A DNA stretch of 64,000 bases from Macrostomum lignano (taxonomy: Eukaryota), in the NCBI GenBank assembly GCA_002269645.1, contig NIVC01001160.1:62001-126000 (forward strand), given 5' to 3'. Both the position numbers and the translations under genes were made by a program. The notes beneath the pieces were generated by a model. It saw only the letters and a list, made by a program, of their open reading frames with translations. It ran no database searches and was not told where the DNA came from. This document shows, one piece after another, positions 12,101-24,160 of the stretch (its first letter is position 1; every line of letters begins with the position of its first letter).

Positions 12101-15100
12101 ACCGACGAGTCCTGCTGCGATCGGACGCGCGGCCTTCGTGACGTCAAGTCCCTGCCCTGTCGGGCGGTGAGTGAAGGGCGTTCAGGGCTTCCGAATGCGG
12201 CTCTTTGGAGCCATTTCAATTCTCTGTACACCACAAACACTTGCAGATCCCTATGCCTTAGATGCCTATCCCCCAGATGCCTATCCCCCAGATCCCTATG
12301 CCTTAGATGCCTATCCCCCAGATGCCTATCCCCCAGATGCCTATCCCCCAGATGCCTATCCCCCAGATGCCTATCCCCCAGATGCCTATCCTCCAGATGC
12401 CTATCCCCCAGATGCCTATCCCCCAGATGCCTATCCCCAAGATGCCTATCGCCCAGATGCCTATCCCCAAGATGCCTATCCCCCAGATGCCTATCCCCAG
12501 ATGCCTATCCTCCAGATGCCTATCCCCCAGATCCCTATGCCTTAGATGCCTATCCCCCAGATGCCTATCCCCCAGATCCCTATGCCTTAGATGCCTATCC
12601 CCCAGATGCCTATCCCCAGATGCCTATCCCCAGATGCCTATCCCCAGATGCCTATCCCCCAGATGCCTATCCCCCAGATGCCTATCCCCTAGATGCCTAT
12701 CGCCCAGATGCCTATCCCCAAGATGCCTATCCCCCAGATGCCTATCCCCCAGATGCCTATCCTCCAGATGCCTATCCCCCAGATCCCTATGCCTTAGATG
12801 CCTATCCCCCAGATGCCTATCCCCCAGATCCCTATGCCTTAGATGCCTATCCCCCAGATGCCTATCCCCCAGATGCCTATCCCCCAGATGCCTATCCCTA
12901 TCCTCCAGATGCCTATCCCCCAGATGCCTATCCCCCAGATGCCTATCCTCCAGATGCCTATCCCCCAGATGCCTATCCCCCAGATGCCTATCCTCCAGAT
13001 GCCTATCCCCCAGATGCCTATCCCCCAGATGCCTATCCTCCAGATGCCTATCCCCCAGATCCCTATGCCTTAGATGCCTATCCCCCAGATGCCTATCCCC
13101 CAGATGCCTATCCCCCAGATGCCTATCCCCCAGATGCCTATCCCCTAGATGCCTATCCCCCAGATGCCTATCCCCCAGATGCCTATCCCCTAGATGCCTA
13201 TCGCCCAGATGCCTATCCCCAAGATGCCTATCCCCCAGATGCCTATCCCCCAGATGCCTATCCTCCAGATGCCTATCCCCCAGATCCCTATGCCTTAGAT
13301 GCCTATCCCCCAGATCCTTATGCCTTAGATGCCGATCCCCCAGATGCCTATCCCCCAGATGCCTATCCCCCAGATGCCTATCCCCAGATCCCTATCCTCC
13401 AGATGCCTATCCCCCAGATGCCTATCCCCAGATCCCTATCCTCCAGATGCCTATCCCCCAGATGCCTATCCCCCAGATGCCTATATCCCAGTCCCAGATG
13501 CCTATCCCCCAGATCGATGCCTATCCCCCAGATACCTATCCCCCAGATGCCTATCCCCCAGATGCCTATCCTCCAGATGCCTATCCCCCAGATCCCTATG
13601 CCTTAGATGCCTATCCCCCAGATCCCTATGCCTTAGATGCCTATCCCCCAGATGCCTATCCCCCAGATGCCTATCCCCCAGATGCCTATCCCCCAGATGC
13701 CTATCCCCTAGATGCCTATCCCCCAGATGCCTATCCCCAGATGCCTATCCCCTAGATGCCTATCGCCCAGATGCCTATCCCCAAGATGCCTATCCCCCAG
13801 ATGCCTATCCCCCAGATGCCTATATCCCAGATGCCTATCCCCCAGATGCCTATCCCCCAGATACCTATCCCCCAGATGCCTATCCCCCAGATGCCTATCC
13901 TCCAGATGCCTATCCCCCAGATCCCTATGCCTTAGATGCCTATCCCCCAGATGCCTATCCCCCAGATGCCTATCCCCCAGATGCCTATCCCTATCCTCCA
14001 GATGCCTATCCCCCAGATGCCTATCCCCCAGATGCCTATCCTCCAGATGCCTATCCCCCAGATGCCTATCCCCCAGATGCCTATCCCCAAGATGCCTATC
14101 CCCAGATGCCTATCCCCCAGATGCCTATCCCCCAGATGCCTATCCCCAGATGCCTATCCTCCAGATGCCTATCCCCAGATCCCTATGCCTTAGATGCCTA
14201 TCCCCCAGATCCCTATGCCTTAGATGCCTATCCCCCAGATGCCTATCCCCCAGATGCCTATCCCCCAGATGCCTATCCCCTAGATGCCTATCCCCCAGAT
14301 GCCTATCCCCTAGATGCCTATCGCCCAGATGCCTATCCCCAAGATGCCTATCCCCCAGATGCCTATCCCCCAGATGCCTATCCCCCAGATGCCTATCCCC
14401 TAGATGCCTATCCCCCAGATGCCTATCCCCCAGATGCCTATCCCCTAGATGCCTATCGCCCAGATGCCTATCCCCAAGATGCCTATCCCCCAGATGCCTA
14501 TCCCCCAGATGCCTATCCCCTAGATGCCTATCGCCCAGATGCCTATCCCCAAGATGCCTATCCAAATCCTCATTCCCCATATCCAAATCCTCATTCCCAT
14601 ATCCAAATCCTCATTATTAATATCCAAATCCTCATTCCCTCATATCGAAATCCTCATTCCCCATATCCAAATCCTCATTCCCATATCCAAATCCTCATTC
14701 CCCATATCCAAATCCTCATTCCCCACATACATGCGCAACTGCTGGCCGACCTGGCCGATCCGGCCACCGTAAATTGTGGCTGACCAGGGGTAAGTCGCAA
14801 AATTGAGTCAACCAAAAACAGAAAAACACAAGAACCAAGAAAGGCAAGAGGAAAGCGAAAGAAAGAGCAGTTCAGGGAAAATGGTGAAGCAAAAGAAAAA
14901 CAATTCGCAAAAGAAGCAAACTAAGTTGTAAAAATAATCAGGTAAGTCGCAAAAAGGATCAGGTAAGTCGCAACAGGAATCAGGTAAGTCGCAAAAGGGT
15001 TAGGTAAGTCGCAAAAAGGATTAGGTAAGTCCCAAAAAGGATTAGGTAAGTCGCAAAAGGATCAGCTAAGTCGCAAAAGGGTTAGGTAAGTCGCAAAAGG

Positions 15101-18100
15101 GTTAGATAAGTCGCAAAAGGGTTAGGTAAGTCGCAAAAGGATCAGCTAAGTCGCAAAAGGATTAGGTAAGTCGCAAAAAGGATTAGGTAAGTCGCAAAAA
15201 GGATTAGGTAAGTCGCAAAAAGGATTAGGTAAGTCACAAAGGGTTAGGTAAGTCGCAAAAGGATTAAGTAAGTCGCAAAAAGGATTAGGTAAGTCGCAAA
15301 AGGGTTAGGTAAGTCGCAAAAGGATTAAGTAAGTCGCAAAAAGGATTAAGTAAGTCGCAAAAAGGATTAGGTAAGTCGCAAAAAGAAGCAACTAAGTCGC
15401 AATAAGAGGGAAGTAAGTCACAATCAGAGGCAATCAGGGGGTAGTAGGTGCAAGTGTGGCAGGAGAGCAAAAACAGAATAGAAGCCTTCAACCACAGACA
15501 AGATCTTTGAAATCAGAAGCCCGCGTCATTTCTTAAACTCTGGAGCAGGGGTTGGCAAACTCCGGCTCGCGAAGCCCCTCTATCTGGCCCTCGCCCCTCG
15601 GGTTCTTTGAAACTTCCTAACTACGAGTAGCAAGGTTGGTGTCTCTTCAACTCTCATCTCTCTCTTCTTCTCTACCTTGCCTCCCCTCTTCTCTCTCTCC
15701 CCCCTTTTCCCTCTTCTCTCTCCTCTCATTTTTACTCTCCTCTCTTCTCCCCCTTTCTCTCTACCCTTTCTCCTCAATGCCCTCTTCTCTCCTCTTATCT
15801 TCAGCAAAAATATGTGCATATTTTCTTACTTCAAAGTAGAGGGAATAGAAGATTAGAGATAAGCAAACAGAGGAGAGGCGAGCGATGCGATGGGAGAAAA
15901 GATAGAAGAGGAGAGAAAAGCTGAGGGAGGAAAAAGAGATGAGAGAGAAGAGGAGATGAGAGAAAAGAGGAAAGAAAAGATGATGGATAAGATCAGAAGA
16001 GAGGAAAGAGGAAAGAGGAGAGAGTAGATGAGAGACGAGAGGATAAAGAGGAGATGAGAGGAGAGTGAAGAGAGGAGAGATGAGAGAGTAGAAAAGAGAG
16101 GAGAGATAATGAGAGAGTAGAGTGGAGAGAGACGAGAGGGAAGATAAGATGAGAGAGTAGAGTGGAATGGAGAGAGACGAGAGGAGAGATAAGAATGTAG
16201 AGAGGAGACAGAAGAGATAGGAGAGGAGAGGAAAGAGAGGAGAGAGGAGAGGAAAGAGAGGAGAGAGGAGAGGAAAGAGAGAAGGGATAAGGGATGAGAG
16301 AGAAAAGAAAAAGAGGATGAGAAGATTGAGGAATGGAGAGAATTTGCAAAGGCCTCAAATCTTAGTTTAACATGCATTACTCCCATCTTTGCCTTTTTCC
16401 TAACTGTTAACAAGTTTTTGTTTGAGCATGACTTCAAATTTAGAATCTATGCAAAAATAGTTCCGGGAATTAGAATTCAGTGGTTTAAAAATCTGTGGGT
16501 TTTCACAGCTTGTATCTCTACTGGATTCGTATTCTGCATCTGATGAGCCATCTGAATCAGGGCTCTCATCTTCCATGCCAAATCGTCTAGCAAATCGTTC
16601 TTGAGCTATAGGTCACACTGTATTCACTTCACTTACTTCTGGACATTCATGAATCATGACTTTTGTAGTATGCTCACTACACTGTACTGACAATTTACTA
16701 ATTGCTTCATGCCGCCACTAGATGACACTGATTAGCTGTTATAAAAACGCGGAATCTGCACGCAGCACTAATTAGCTGGCGAGGCATTTAGCTTTAAAAA
16801 TATGGTCATAGTTACTCCTGCCGTTTACCTAAAGTTTTTGCTTGGCTCTTTCATAGGTAAGTCGCATTTTTTATCGAAAACTAAGTCGCACGGCCAGCGT
16901 AATTTCAGAAGTTGCGCATGTATGATTCCCCATATCCAAATCCTCATTATTTATATCCAAATCCTCATTCCCTCATATCGAAGTCCCCATTCCCAGTTCC
17001 CAGGCTAAACACAAATCCATAAATCATAAATTTATTCCTGTCATTTCTCCAGCAAATTTCCGGCCGGCCTCAGTGCCTGGCGCTGGCCCTCTGGTGCGAC
17101 GGCGCGCCCCAGTGCTCCGACGCCTCGGACCAGAGCGAGGCCTTGTGCTCCGAGTCTGTCGTCACAGAATCTCGCGTTGCTGAGGCGGCCGCTGCTGCGG
17201 AGGCCGCCGAAGCGTCGGGCTTGGCGCCTTCGTCGAAGCCGCCGATCGGCCATCCTGGCGATGCCTCCGCAGGCATGATGAGCGGCCACGGCGTGTTCGT
17301 CTACCTGCTGGTGCCGCTGCTGATTGGCGTCGTGGTGCTGCTGCCGCTGCTGGGCTACTGCTGCACCCGGGACAAGCCGGCCCTGCGGCTGCACGTGCCC
17401 GAGATGGCCGAGATGCGCCCCCTGCCAGCCTCGGCCACTGGCGGGGCCTCGCGGGCTGCAGCCGCCGCTTCTGTGCGCGATGACAAGGATCCCGAAACGA
17501 TGGACGACGAAGATGATGATGCAGGCGATGGCGACGACGACGACGAACTGGACTTTGACGACGATTTCGACCACCAACAGCAGCTGCCGCGCTGTCGAAG
17601 CAAGGAGGACCTGTCGTCTGTGGCTACGTCGGCCGCGGCCGCCGCCTCTCGAGCAGCGTCCAGTTCGAAGTCGTCCAACTCGATGTCCAGCCAGCAGCAG
17701 CAGCAGCTGTGCGAGTACGTGGAAACCCTGAACCCGCCGCCGAGCCCGTGCACCGACTGCTCCAGCCTGCCAGGCGCCGCGGCCGCCGCCGCCAGATTTC
17801 ACGACTTCGACGACGCCAGTCGGAGCGGCAGCGATGCAGCAGCGGCATTTTATTATTCCAATAATAATCATTTTGCATCTCGGCATCGGCGCCAGCGGGG
17901 CAGCAGCGGCGGCAGCGGCGAGCAGCAGCAGCAGGAGCTGCTGGTGCATCAGCAGCACCAGAGGCATAGCGGCAGTCGGAGACGGAGACGCCGTCAGCGC
18001 AGTCGGTCGCGGGCCGCCGCCGCTGCCGCCCCGGCCGCCTCCGCTAGCGGCGTCGCCGGTCGCCGAGCGCCAGTCTCTTTGATCGCGCCGCCTTACGATT

Positions 18101-18321
18101 CTCCCTACCACCAGCTGCAGCCTCAGCCTCAGCCTCCTCGTCAGCCTCGCCAGCACCATCGGCAGCACAGGTCCGCCGGCGGGGGCGGCAGTTCGGCATC
18201 TTCTAGCTTGGTTGCTATGCGCTCCCCGCCAGCCTATCAGAATCCGCCTCCCACGCCTAACCGGGTGTCGGCCTGCACTGACAGCTCCGAACCGATGGTG
18301 TCGGTGCTGCTGAATCGGTGA
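9127..18321 (+). CDS. LRP5/6: LRP5/6 (arrow)-like Wnt co-receptor, 3' part (4 exons; 5' exons lie outside the window)
   Basis: Exons 9127-9751, about 10466-10902, 11795-12166 and 17053-18321 are phase-compatible if one C is added in the C-run at 9282-9286. YWTD-type motifs (LYWMD, LYWTS), an EGF-like domain ([12 protein letters not shown]...CACPSGFEL), two LDLa repeats ([13 protein letters not shown]; [13 protein letters not shown]), a TM helix ([24 protein letters not shown]) and cytoplasmic NPPPSPCTD and NPPPTP motifs typical of LRP5/6. The exon 2 acceptor is uncertain by 2 nt (CAG/AG). Confidence 0.85.
9773..10445. repeat. CT-rich low-complexity tandem repeat filling an LRP intron
   Basis: Mixed CCTCTCCCTCTCCG / CTCTCTGG units between donor GTATGA (9752) and the acceptor near 10463-10465. 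Confidence 0.9.
10930..11745. repeat. 27-bp minisatellite in an LRP intron
   Basis: Unit TCACTTCCCCGATAATCCTCCCCCTAG, between donor GTGAGT (10903) and acceptor CCCAG (11794). Confidence 0.93.
12243..14560. repeat. 15-bp minisatellite (about 155 copies) in an LRP intron
   Basis: Unit GATGCCTATCCCCCA with 14-bp and CCCTATGCCTTA variants. Source of the DAYPP/CLSPR/QMPIP pseudo-ORFs. Confidence 0.95.
14561..14725. repeat. 21-bp minisatellite, interrupted by the 14726-16924 element and resuming at 16925-16990
   Basis: Unit ATATCCAAATCCTCATTCCCC is present on both sides of the insertion. Confidence 0.85.
14938..15420. repeat. 20/21-bp subterminal repeat array inside the P-like element
   Basis: About 25 copies of AAAGGATTAGGTAAGTCGCA. 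Confidence 0.9.
15546..15600. mobile_element. Orphan hAT (Charlie/MER58-like) terminus nested in the P-like element
   Basis: CAGGGGTTGGCAAACTCCGGCTCGCG...ATCTGGCCC resembles typical hAT MITE left ends. No matching right end found. Confidence 0.35.
15640..16330. repeat. Pyrimidine-rich tract (15640-15800) followed by a purine-rich tract (15850-16330)
   Basis: CT-only then GA-only low-complexity sequence inside the transposon. Confidence 0.8.
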
Positions 18322-18467
18322 ACTCAATAGTACATTGAGCTGGTCAGAGCCAGACAGATGCTTAAACACTGGATTGGCCACTTGTTGCTTTAGACTTTCT
18401 TTGTTTGCTAAATTAGATCTATCTAATGTCTACTGTTCATGCTCCTCTTTTTGCCATATATATCAGC

Positions 18468-20548
18468 TGAACCAACTGAAAGCATTGAACTGAGTGAGGT
18501 TTTACCATAGACATTCTCAGCGGGCCGCGAAACCACCTGAAAGCATTGAACTGAGTGAGGTTTTACCATAGACTTTCTCAGCGGGCCGCGAAACCACCTG
18601 AAAGCATTGAACTGAGTGAGGTTTTACCATAGACTTTCTCAGCAGGCCGCGAAACCACCTGAAAGCATTGAACTGAGTGAGGTTTACCATAGACATTCTC
18701 AGCGGGCCGCGGAACCAACTGAAAGCATTGAACTGAGTGAGGTTTTACCATAGACATTCTCAGCGGGCCGCGAAACCACCTGAAAGCATTGAACTGAGTG
18801 AGGTTTACCATAGACATTCTCAGCGGGCCGCGGAACCAACTGAAAGCATTGAACTGAGTGAGGTTTACCATAGACATTCTCAGCGGGTCGCGGAACCAAC
18901 TGAAAGCATTGAACTGAGTGAGGTTTACCATAGACATTCTCAGCGGGCCGCGGAACCACCTGAAAGCATTGAACTGAGTGAGGTTTTACCATAAACATTC
19001 TCAGCGGGCCGCGAAACCACCTGAAAGCATTGAACTGAGTGAGGTTTTACCATAAACATTCTCAGCGGGTCGCGGAACCACCTGAAAGCATTGAACTGAG
19101 TGAGGTTTACCATAGACATTCTCAGCGGGCCGCGGAACCAACTGAAAGCATTGAACTGAGTGAGGTTTTACCATAAACATTCTCAGCGGGCCGCGAAACC
19201 ACCTGAAAGCATTGAACTGAGTGAGGTTTTACCATAAACATTCTCAGCGGGTCGCGGAACCACCTGAAAGCATTGAACTGAGTGAGGTTTACCATAGACA
19301 TTCTCAGCGGGCCGCGGAACCAACTGAAAGCATTGAACTGAGTGAGGTTTTACCATAAACATTCTCAGCGGGTCGCGGAACCAACTGAAAGCATTGAACT
19401 GAGTGAGGTTTACCATAGACATTCTCAGCGGGCCGCGGAACCAACTGAAAGCATTGAACTGAGTGAGGTTTTACCATAGACATTCTCAGCGGGCCGCGAA
19501 ACCACCTGAAAGCATTGAACTGAGTGAGGTTTACCATAGACATTCTCAGCGGGCCGCGGAACCAACTGAAAGCATTGAACTGAGTGAGGTTTACCATAGA
19601 CATTCTCAGCGGGTCGCGGAACCAACTGAAAGCATTGAACTGAGTGAGGTTTACCATAGACATTCTCAGCGGGCCGCGGAACCACCTGAAAGCATTGAAC
19701 TGAGTGAGGTTTTACCATAAACATTCTCAGCGGGCCGCGAAACCACCTGAAAGCATTGAACTGAGTGAGGTTTTACCATAAACATTCTCAGCGGGTCGCG
19801 GAACCACCTGAAAGCATTGAACTGAGTGAGGTTTACCATAGACATTCTCAGCGGGCCGCGGAACCAACTGAAAGCATTGAACTGAGTGAGGTTTTACCAT
19901 AAACATTCTCAGCGGGCCGCGAAACCACCTGAAAGCATTGAACTGAGTGAGGTTTTACCATAAACATTCTCAGCGGGTCGCGGAACCACCTGAAAGCATT
20001 GAACTGAGTGAGGTTTACCATAGACATTCTCAGCGGGCCGCGGAACCAACTGAAAGCATTGAACTGAGTGAGGTTTTACCATAAACATTCTCAGCGGGTC
20101 GCGGAACCAACTGAAAGCATTGAACTGAGTGAGGTTTACCATAGACATTCTCAGCGGGCCGCGGAACCAACTGAAAGCATTGAACTGAGTGAGGTTTTAC
20201 CATAGACATTCTCAGCGGGCCGCGGAACCAACTGAAAGCATTGAACTGAGTGAGGTTTACCATAGACATTCTCAGCGGGCCGCGGAACCAACTGAAAGCA
20301 TTGAACTGAGTGAGGTTTTACCATAGACATTCTCAGCGGGCCGCGAAACCAACTGAAAGCATTGAACTGAGTGAGGTTTTACCATAAACATTCTCAGCGG
20401 GTCGCGGAACCAACTGAAAGCATTGAACTGAGTGAGGTTTACCATAGACATTCTCAGCGGGCCGCGGAACCAACTGAGAGCATTGAACTGAGTGAGGTTT
20501 ACCATAGACATTCTCAGCGGGTCGCGGAACCAACTGAAAGCATTGAAC
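18468..20548. repeat. 60/61-bp minisatellite (about 34 copies) with a 726-bp higher-order period, downstream of the LRP stop
   Basis: Unit CCAACTGAAAGCATTGAACTGAGTGAGGTTT(T)ACCATAGACATTCTCAGCGGGCCGCGGAA. Variant order repeats at a 726-bp offset (ORF track 18578/19304/20030). Confidence 0.95.
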
Positions 20549-22615
20549 CAAACGAGGTTTTTGAGTGAAGTGAACCAAGTGGCCACCTATATTGTTTTCA
20601 TATCCATGTCCAAACCAGGATATTTAAAAAGGTTTTTTGTACTTTGTTGACGCTTAGAATGCTCTCGCAGTTTGACCTTCAACAGTTAAGCAAAACTTGT
20701 ATTAATTATAAATAGTTGCCTGCATTTTGCATTTTGCTCAGTAAATTTGTTCTAGAGTAGCGCTCTGTAGTAGACATGATTTTTTACTTTAATATGAAAC
20801 TCTTTACGCTATAAAGTACGCAATGCTCTTGCTGCTTGTGTGCCTTGCTTCATCAAAATGTGAAAAGTCCCGCATGCGTTAATTGTTGTTTTTTTACTCT
20901 TCGATTAACCATTGTTCAGTATACACTACTTGTCAGTTTGCTGTTATACTACTTATATTGCTTGCTTGCAATTTAACTAATACTATACTATTGTTTATTA
21001 CTACAGATAACTGTACACATTTTTATTGTCACGGTTTGACAAATTTGACAGTTTTACAACCGACCATTATCTTATACTCGTGTCGGCTTGCCCTTGAGTC
21101 TTCTTTCGAATTTAAAAAAGATACCCAACTCCTGTTGATTGGCTTCTGCTGACCCGATTGAACGAAACTTGTCGCTGTTTTCTGGAATTTAGCTCAGCTA
21201 ATTTTAACCCCTACTTTTATTGTACTAACAGTTTCTCTAAGGCATTTTGTGCTCGTCTTTAATTATCATTAGTTGCTACATTTTTTGTTATAGTCGCCTT
21301 TCACCCCCCGGCCCAGTCGGCACTCCCTGTGCTTCAATACACTTGACCAGTCTCGGGTGCGCTTTTTGCTACACACTAGTGCCCTACTGCTTTTTTACTT
21401 TGTTTGCAGCATCCTACTTTTTTCCTTGATTATATATAATTACAGATTCTCTCTTGTTTTGCACGTTTTATCTGCTTCCCGCAATGCACTGTTCATTTTT
21501 GTTTAAATATCTGTAAATTTCTGTACATCAGTTGCGCTTTGCGCAGGCGCTTGCAGTAAGTGCGCAACAAAATATACTGTTATTAGGTTTGATATTGCCA
21601 AATTCAATTGGCGCCATAATTTAAAGCTACTACTACTTACAAAATATCGTGTAACATACATTTCATCTACTTATAGTAGAATGACGCAGGCTTTTGTTTT
21701 TACTGCTTCTTGATTAACAAAATACGTTCGTTTTTTCATGCGAAAACTGCTAAATAGACCTCAAATGTAGTTTTGCTACTCCATTGTGGTGTCCCTTTTA
21801 CCTAATAAATAAAAAAATCGGGATGGTTTGTAAAGCGTAGATACGTAATTAAAATATATAGGCCGGACCATCCGTCTTACGAAAATAAGGACTTAAGTAA
21901 CTAGTACCCGTATTTTATACAAAAACCGTCTAGTCTTCATTGAAAATTCTTCAGCTTTGCGCAGTGGCAGTACCGTAACCAATGAGGTTTACCCGAGGTG
22001 CGGTTATTGCTAGTTGAAAACTATACCCAATACCCCGCACAGGATGCGTGAAATACCGTAGCCTAGTGCAATATTTGAAGGCTCTTATCACAGAGCCACT
22101 ATCAAAAAAATAAAACATTCTCCGCCGGAAGGGGAATATCATACATCACCTGAAGAAGCTAGGACATTCGGTCACCCCGGGCTGGGAGCTGTGCAAGCAG
22201 TCAGTTAAAGGTCTACTGGCTCCGACGAAGTGAGCTTACTCTCGTGCATGGACATGAGCCCCAGGCTTGTGATTCATGTTCCTGTTATTGAGGCTCAAGA
22301 CGCAGGGCACAAGGTGTGCGTACGTAGGGGTTAGCGCCAGCAACATTGGCACGAGTTGTCACCTTGATTTGCGCCAACAGCGATACACGTAGCAGGCTTT
22401 GTGATAAGTGAGTAAATAATGTAGATACTATCCATATTGTGTGTCAAGTGCGAAATAAAAATCTTTACTTGTCATTTATTTATCTAAAGTTTGGATTCCA
22501 AACCAAATCTATTGTGTTGAAGTCTGAGTCCAGGACTGAAATATGAAATTGGTATTGTATTATCTTGGATTACGACTGTGTAGTGTGTAGTTTTCGTTTG
22601 CATTGAAGTTAAAAC

Positions 22616-23331
22616 TAGGGATTGCAAATCCCGGCTGTTCTACGATCCCGGGATCCCGGACGAAGCAATGACTCAATCCCGGGCGGGATCCCGGGATTGA
22701 CATTTTAAATATTTTTGCCGATAGAATGCCAGAAACCCCGCTTTTTAAAACGTTTTTTTAAAAGTAATAAACTTGTCTATTTGATTTTACTAAAAAAACG
22801 AGAACACGAATGTGTAAAGCAGTGTGTAATACATTTTATATTTCTCGACTTGACAGCATTACCGAGTATTCTATTATCTAATATATAATGGTTTCTTTTC
22901 TTGTTTTGTTATTTTCTACACTTGTAACTTACGAGCTCGTAATCTTAATACATGCATGCAAAATTATCTCCCAGTCATTTTTCAATGCTTTTATGTACAT
23001 AACACAAGTTACACAACCTCACAAGTTACACAAGTAACACAAGTAGTCAAATACACAAACGCAACACAAGTTTGAGACTCGCATGTATTGTATGTATTGT
23101 ATAATTTGTATTGTATCACGATTCGAGAATCGAGAGTCACGTCACGATCACGACTCATGATCACGACGCGCGAATGTTACTTGTGTAATGTATTTAAAAT
23201 ACGAACATTTTGATATATCCTGGATATCACCGACTTTATCAAAAAAGTTTCCAATCCCGGGATCCCGAGCCCTTAATCCCGGGATTCCGTCAGGCCAAAA
23301 AGTGTCCGGGATCCCGGGATTGCAATCCCTA
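22616..23331. mobile_element. hAT-type MITE, 716 bp
   Basis: TIR TAGGGATTGCAA...TTGCAATCCCTA with multiple subterminal ATCCCGGG/CCCGGGAT motifs. The TSD is imperfect (GTTAAAAC versus G--AAAAC). Confidence 0.8.
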
Positions 23332-24160
23332 GAAAACTGAAAGTGTCAAGTGAGTCAGTGATTCATGCGCCTGTGTAGTCACTTCAATTAAATTCAATTC
23401 ATTAGAACTTTTGTTAACAATTAGAACTTAGAAGTCACGTTTAACATTTGCAGGGTCTCAGGCATTTTCATCAATAGGATCTTTTGTACTGAAGGTCTGT
23501 CCTACCGTTCGAGGGCCAGTTTCGACTCTTTCGAGTCCGGAAAGATGAAATCCGTGAGGTTTTAGCGACTGCTAGTGAGCTGAACTTACCGTCCAGCTCC
23601 GGCCCAGACCAGACAGACCAAGCCCCTTCCGTTCCCGTTCAACCAACCTTCGCTTTGGGCCCCACCCACCCCCACTCCAAAACAGCCACTCGCGCACAGC
23701 AGAGGTTGGGCGCCGGCTTGGGGGTTGGTTGAAACCCGGCGAACGCCCTAAAATTTTCCACCCCCTCCTCTCCCTATCCCTTTTCTCCTCCCCAGCTCTT
23801 TACTCGCGCAGTCTTCGCCAGTCGCATTTCAAAATTGCGCCCGTAAAATAAAACCAAATTATATGCAGACTGCACTATACTACTTATGTGAGCGAAGTAG
23901 ATCCCTCAAGCTTTTTTGATTTAAAAAGGCAACATAAAAAGTTAACTTAGCAAATATAAACGCATTAATAGCTATTTTTTATCTTACTTAAGCTTTGAAG
24001 TCGTTTTTTTCCTGACGATTATATTCCGAAAAGACATTATTGCTTTGTCTGATATTCTTGCTACTATCCAACTGCCATAAAACCCCCCTTCCACCACCCC
24101 AGCTCAGCCCCCAGCCCCCACAAGACAGAAAGCTAAAGCGGCAGCGGTCTCTTGCTCTTC

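Larger units (their letters stand above)
14726..16924. mobile_element. Non-autonomous TIR DNA transposon, P-element-like (hAT not excluded), 2199 bp
   Basis: TIR CATACATGCGCAACT(G/T)CTG at 14726-14744 and 16906-16924 (18/19 match). Perfect 8-bp TSD ATTCCCCA at 14718-14725 and 16925-16932. No transposase ORF. TAAGTCGC motifs near both ends. Confidence 0.9.

Noticed and set aside
11759-14783. Long DAYPP / CLSPR / QMPIP repeat ORFs, superficially like Tyr/Pro-rich adhesive proteins
   Set aside because: They lie between a GTGAGT donor (12167) and the acceptor at 17052 that joins two halves of an LDLa repeat. Frames shift repeatedly with 14-bp units, and all three frames are open simply because the unit lacks stops.
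17041-18381. 446-aa minus-strand ORF
   Set aside because: Antisense shadow of the GC-rich last LRP exon, with no domain character.
18468-20548. CRISPR or RNA-gene array
   Set aside because: Units are contiguous with no unique spacers, and no tRNA or snRNA fold was recognisable.
22148-22260. Possible hammerhead ribozyme or Penelope pseudo-LTR (CTGAAGA core)
   Set aside because: No stem II followed by GAAA at a suitable distance. The CTGATGA hits at about 16540 and 51163 fail the same test.
22140-22600. Possible solo LTR
   Set aside because: Contains AATAAA, but I could not define TG...CA ends with a target-site duplication.
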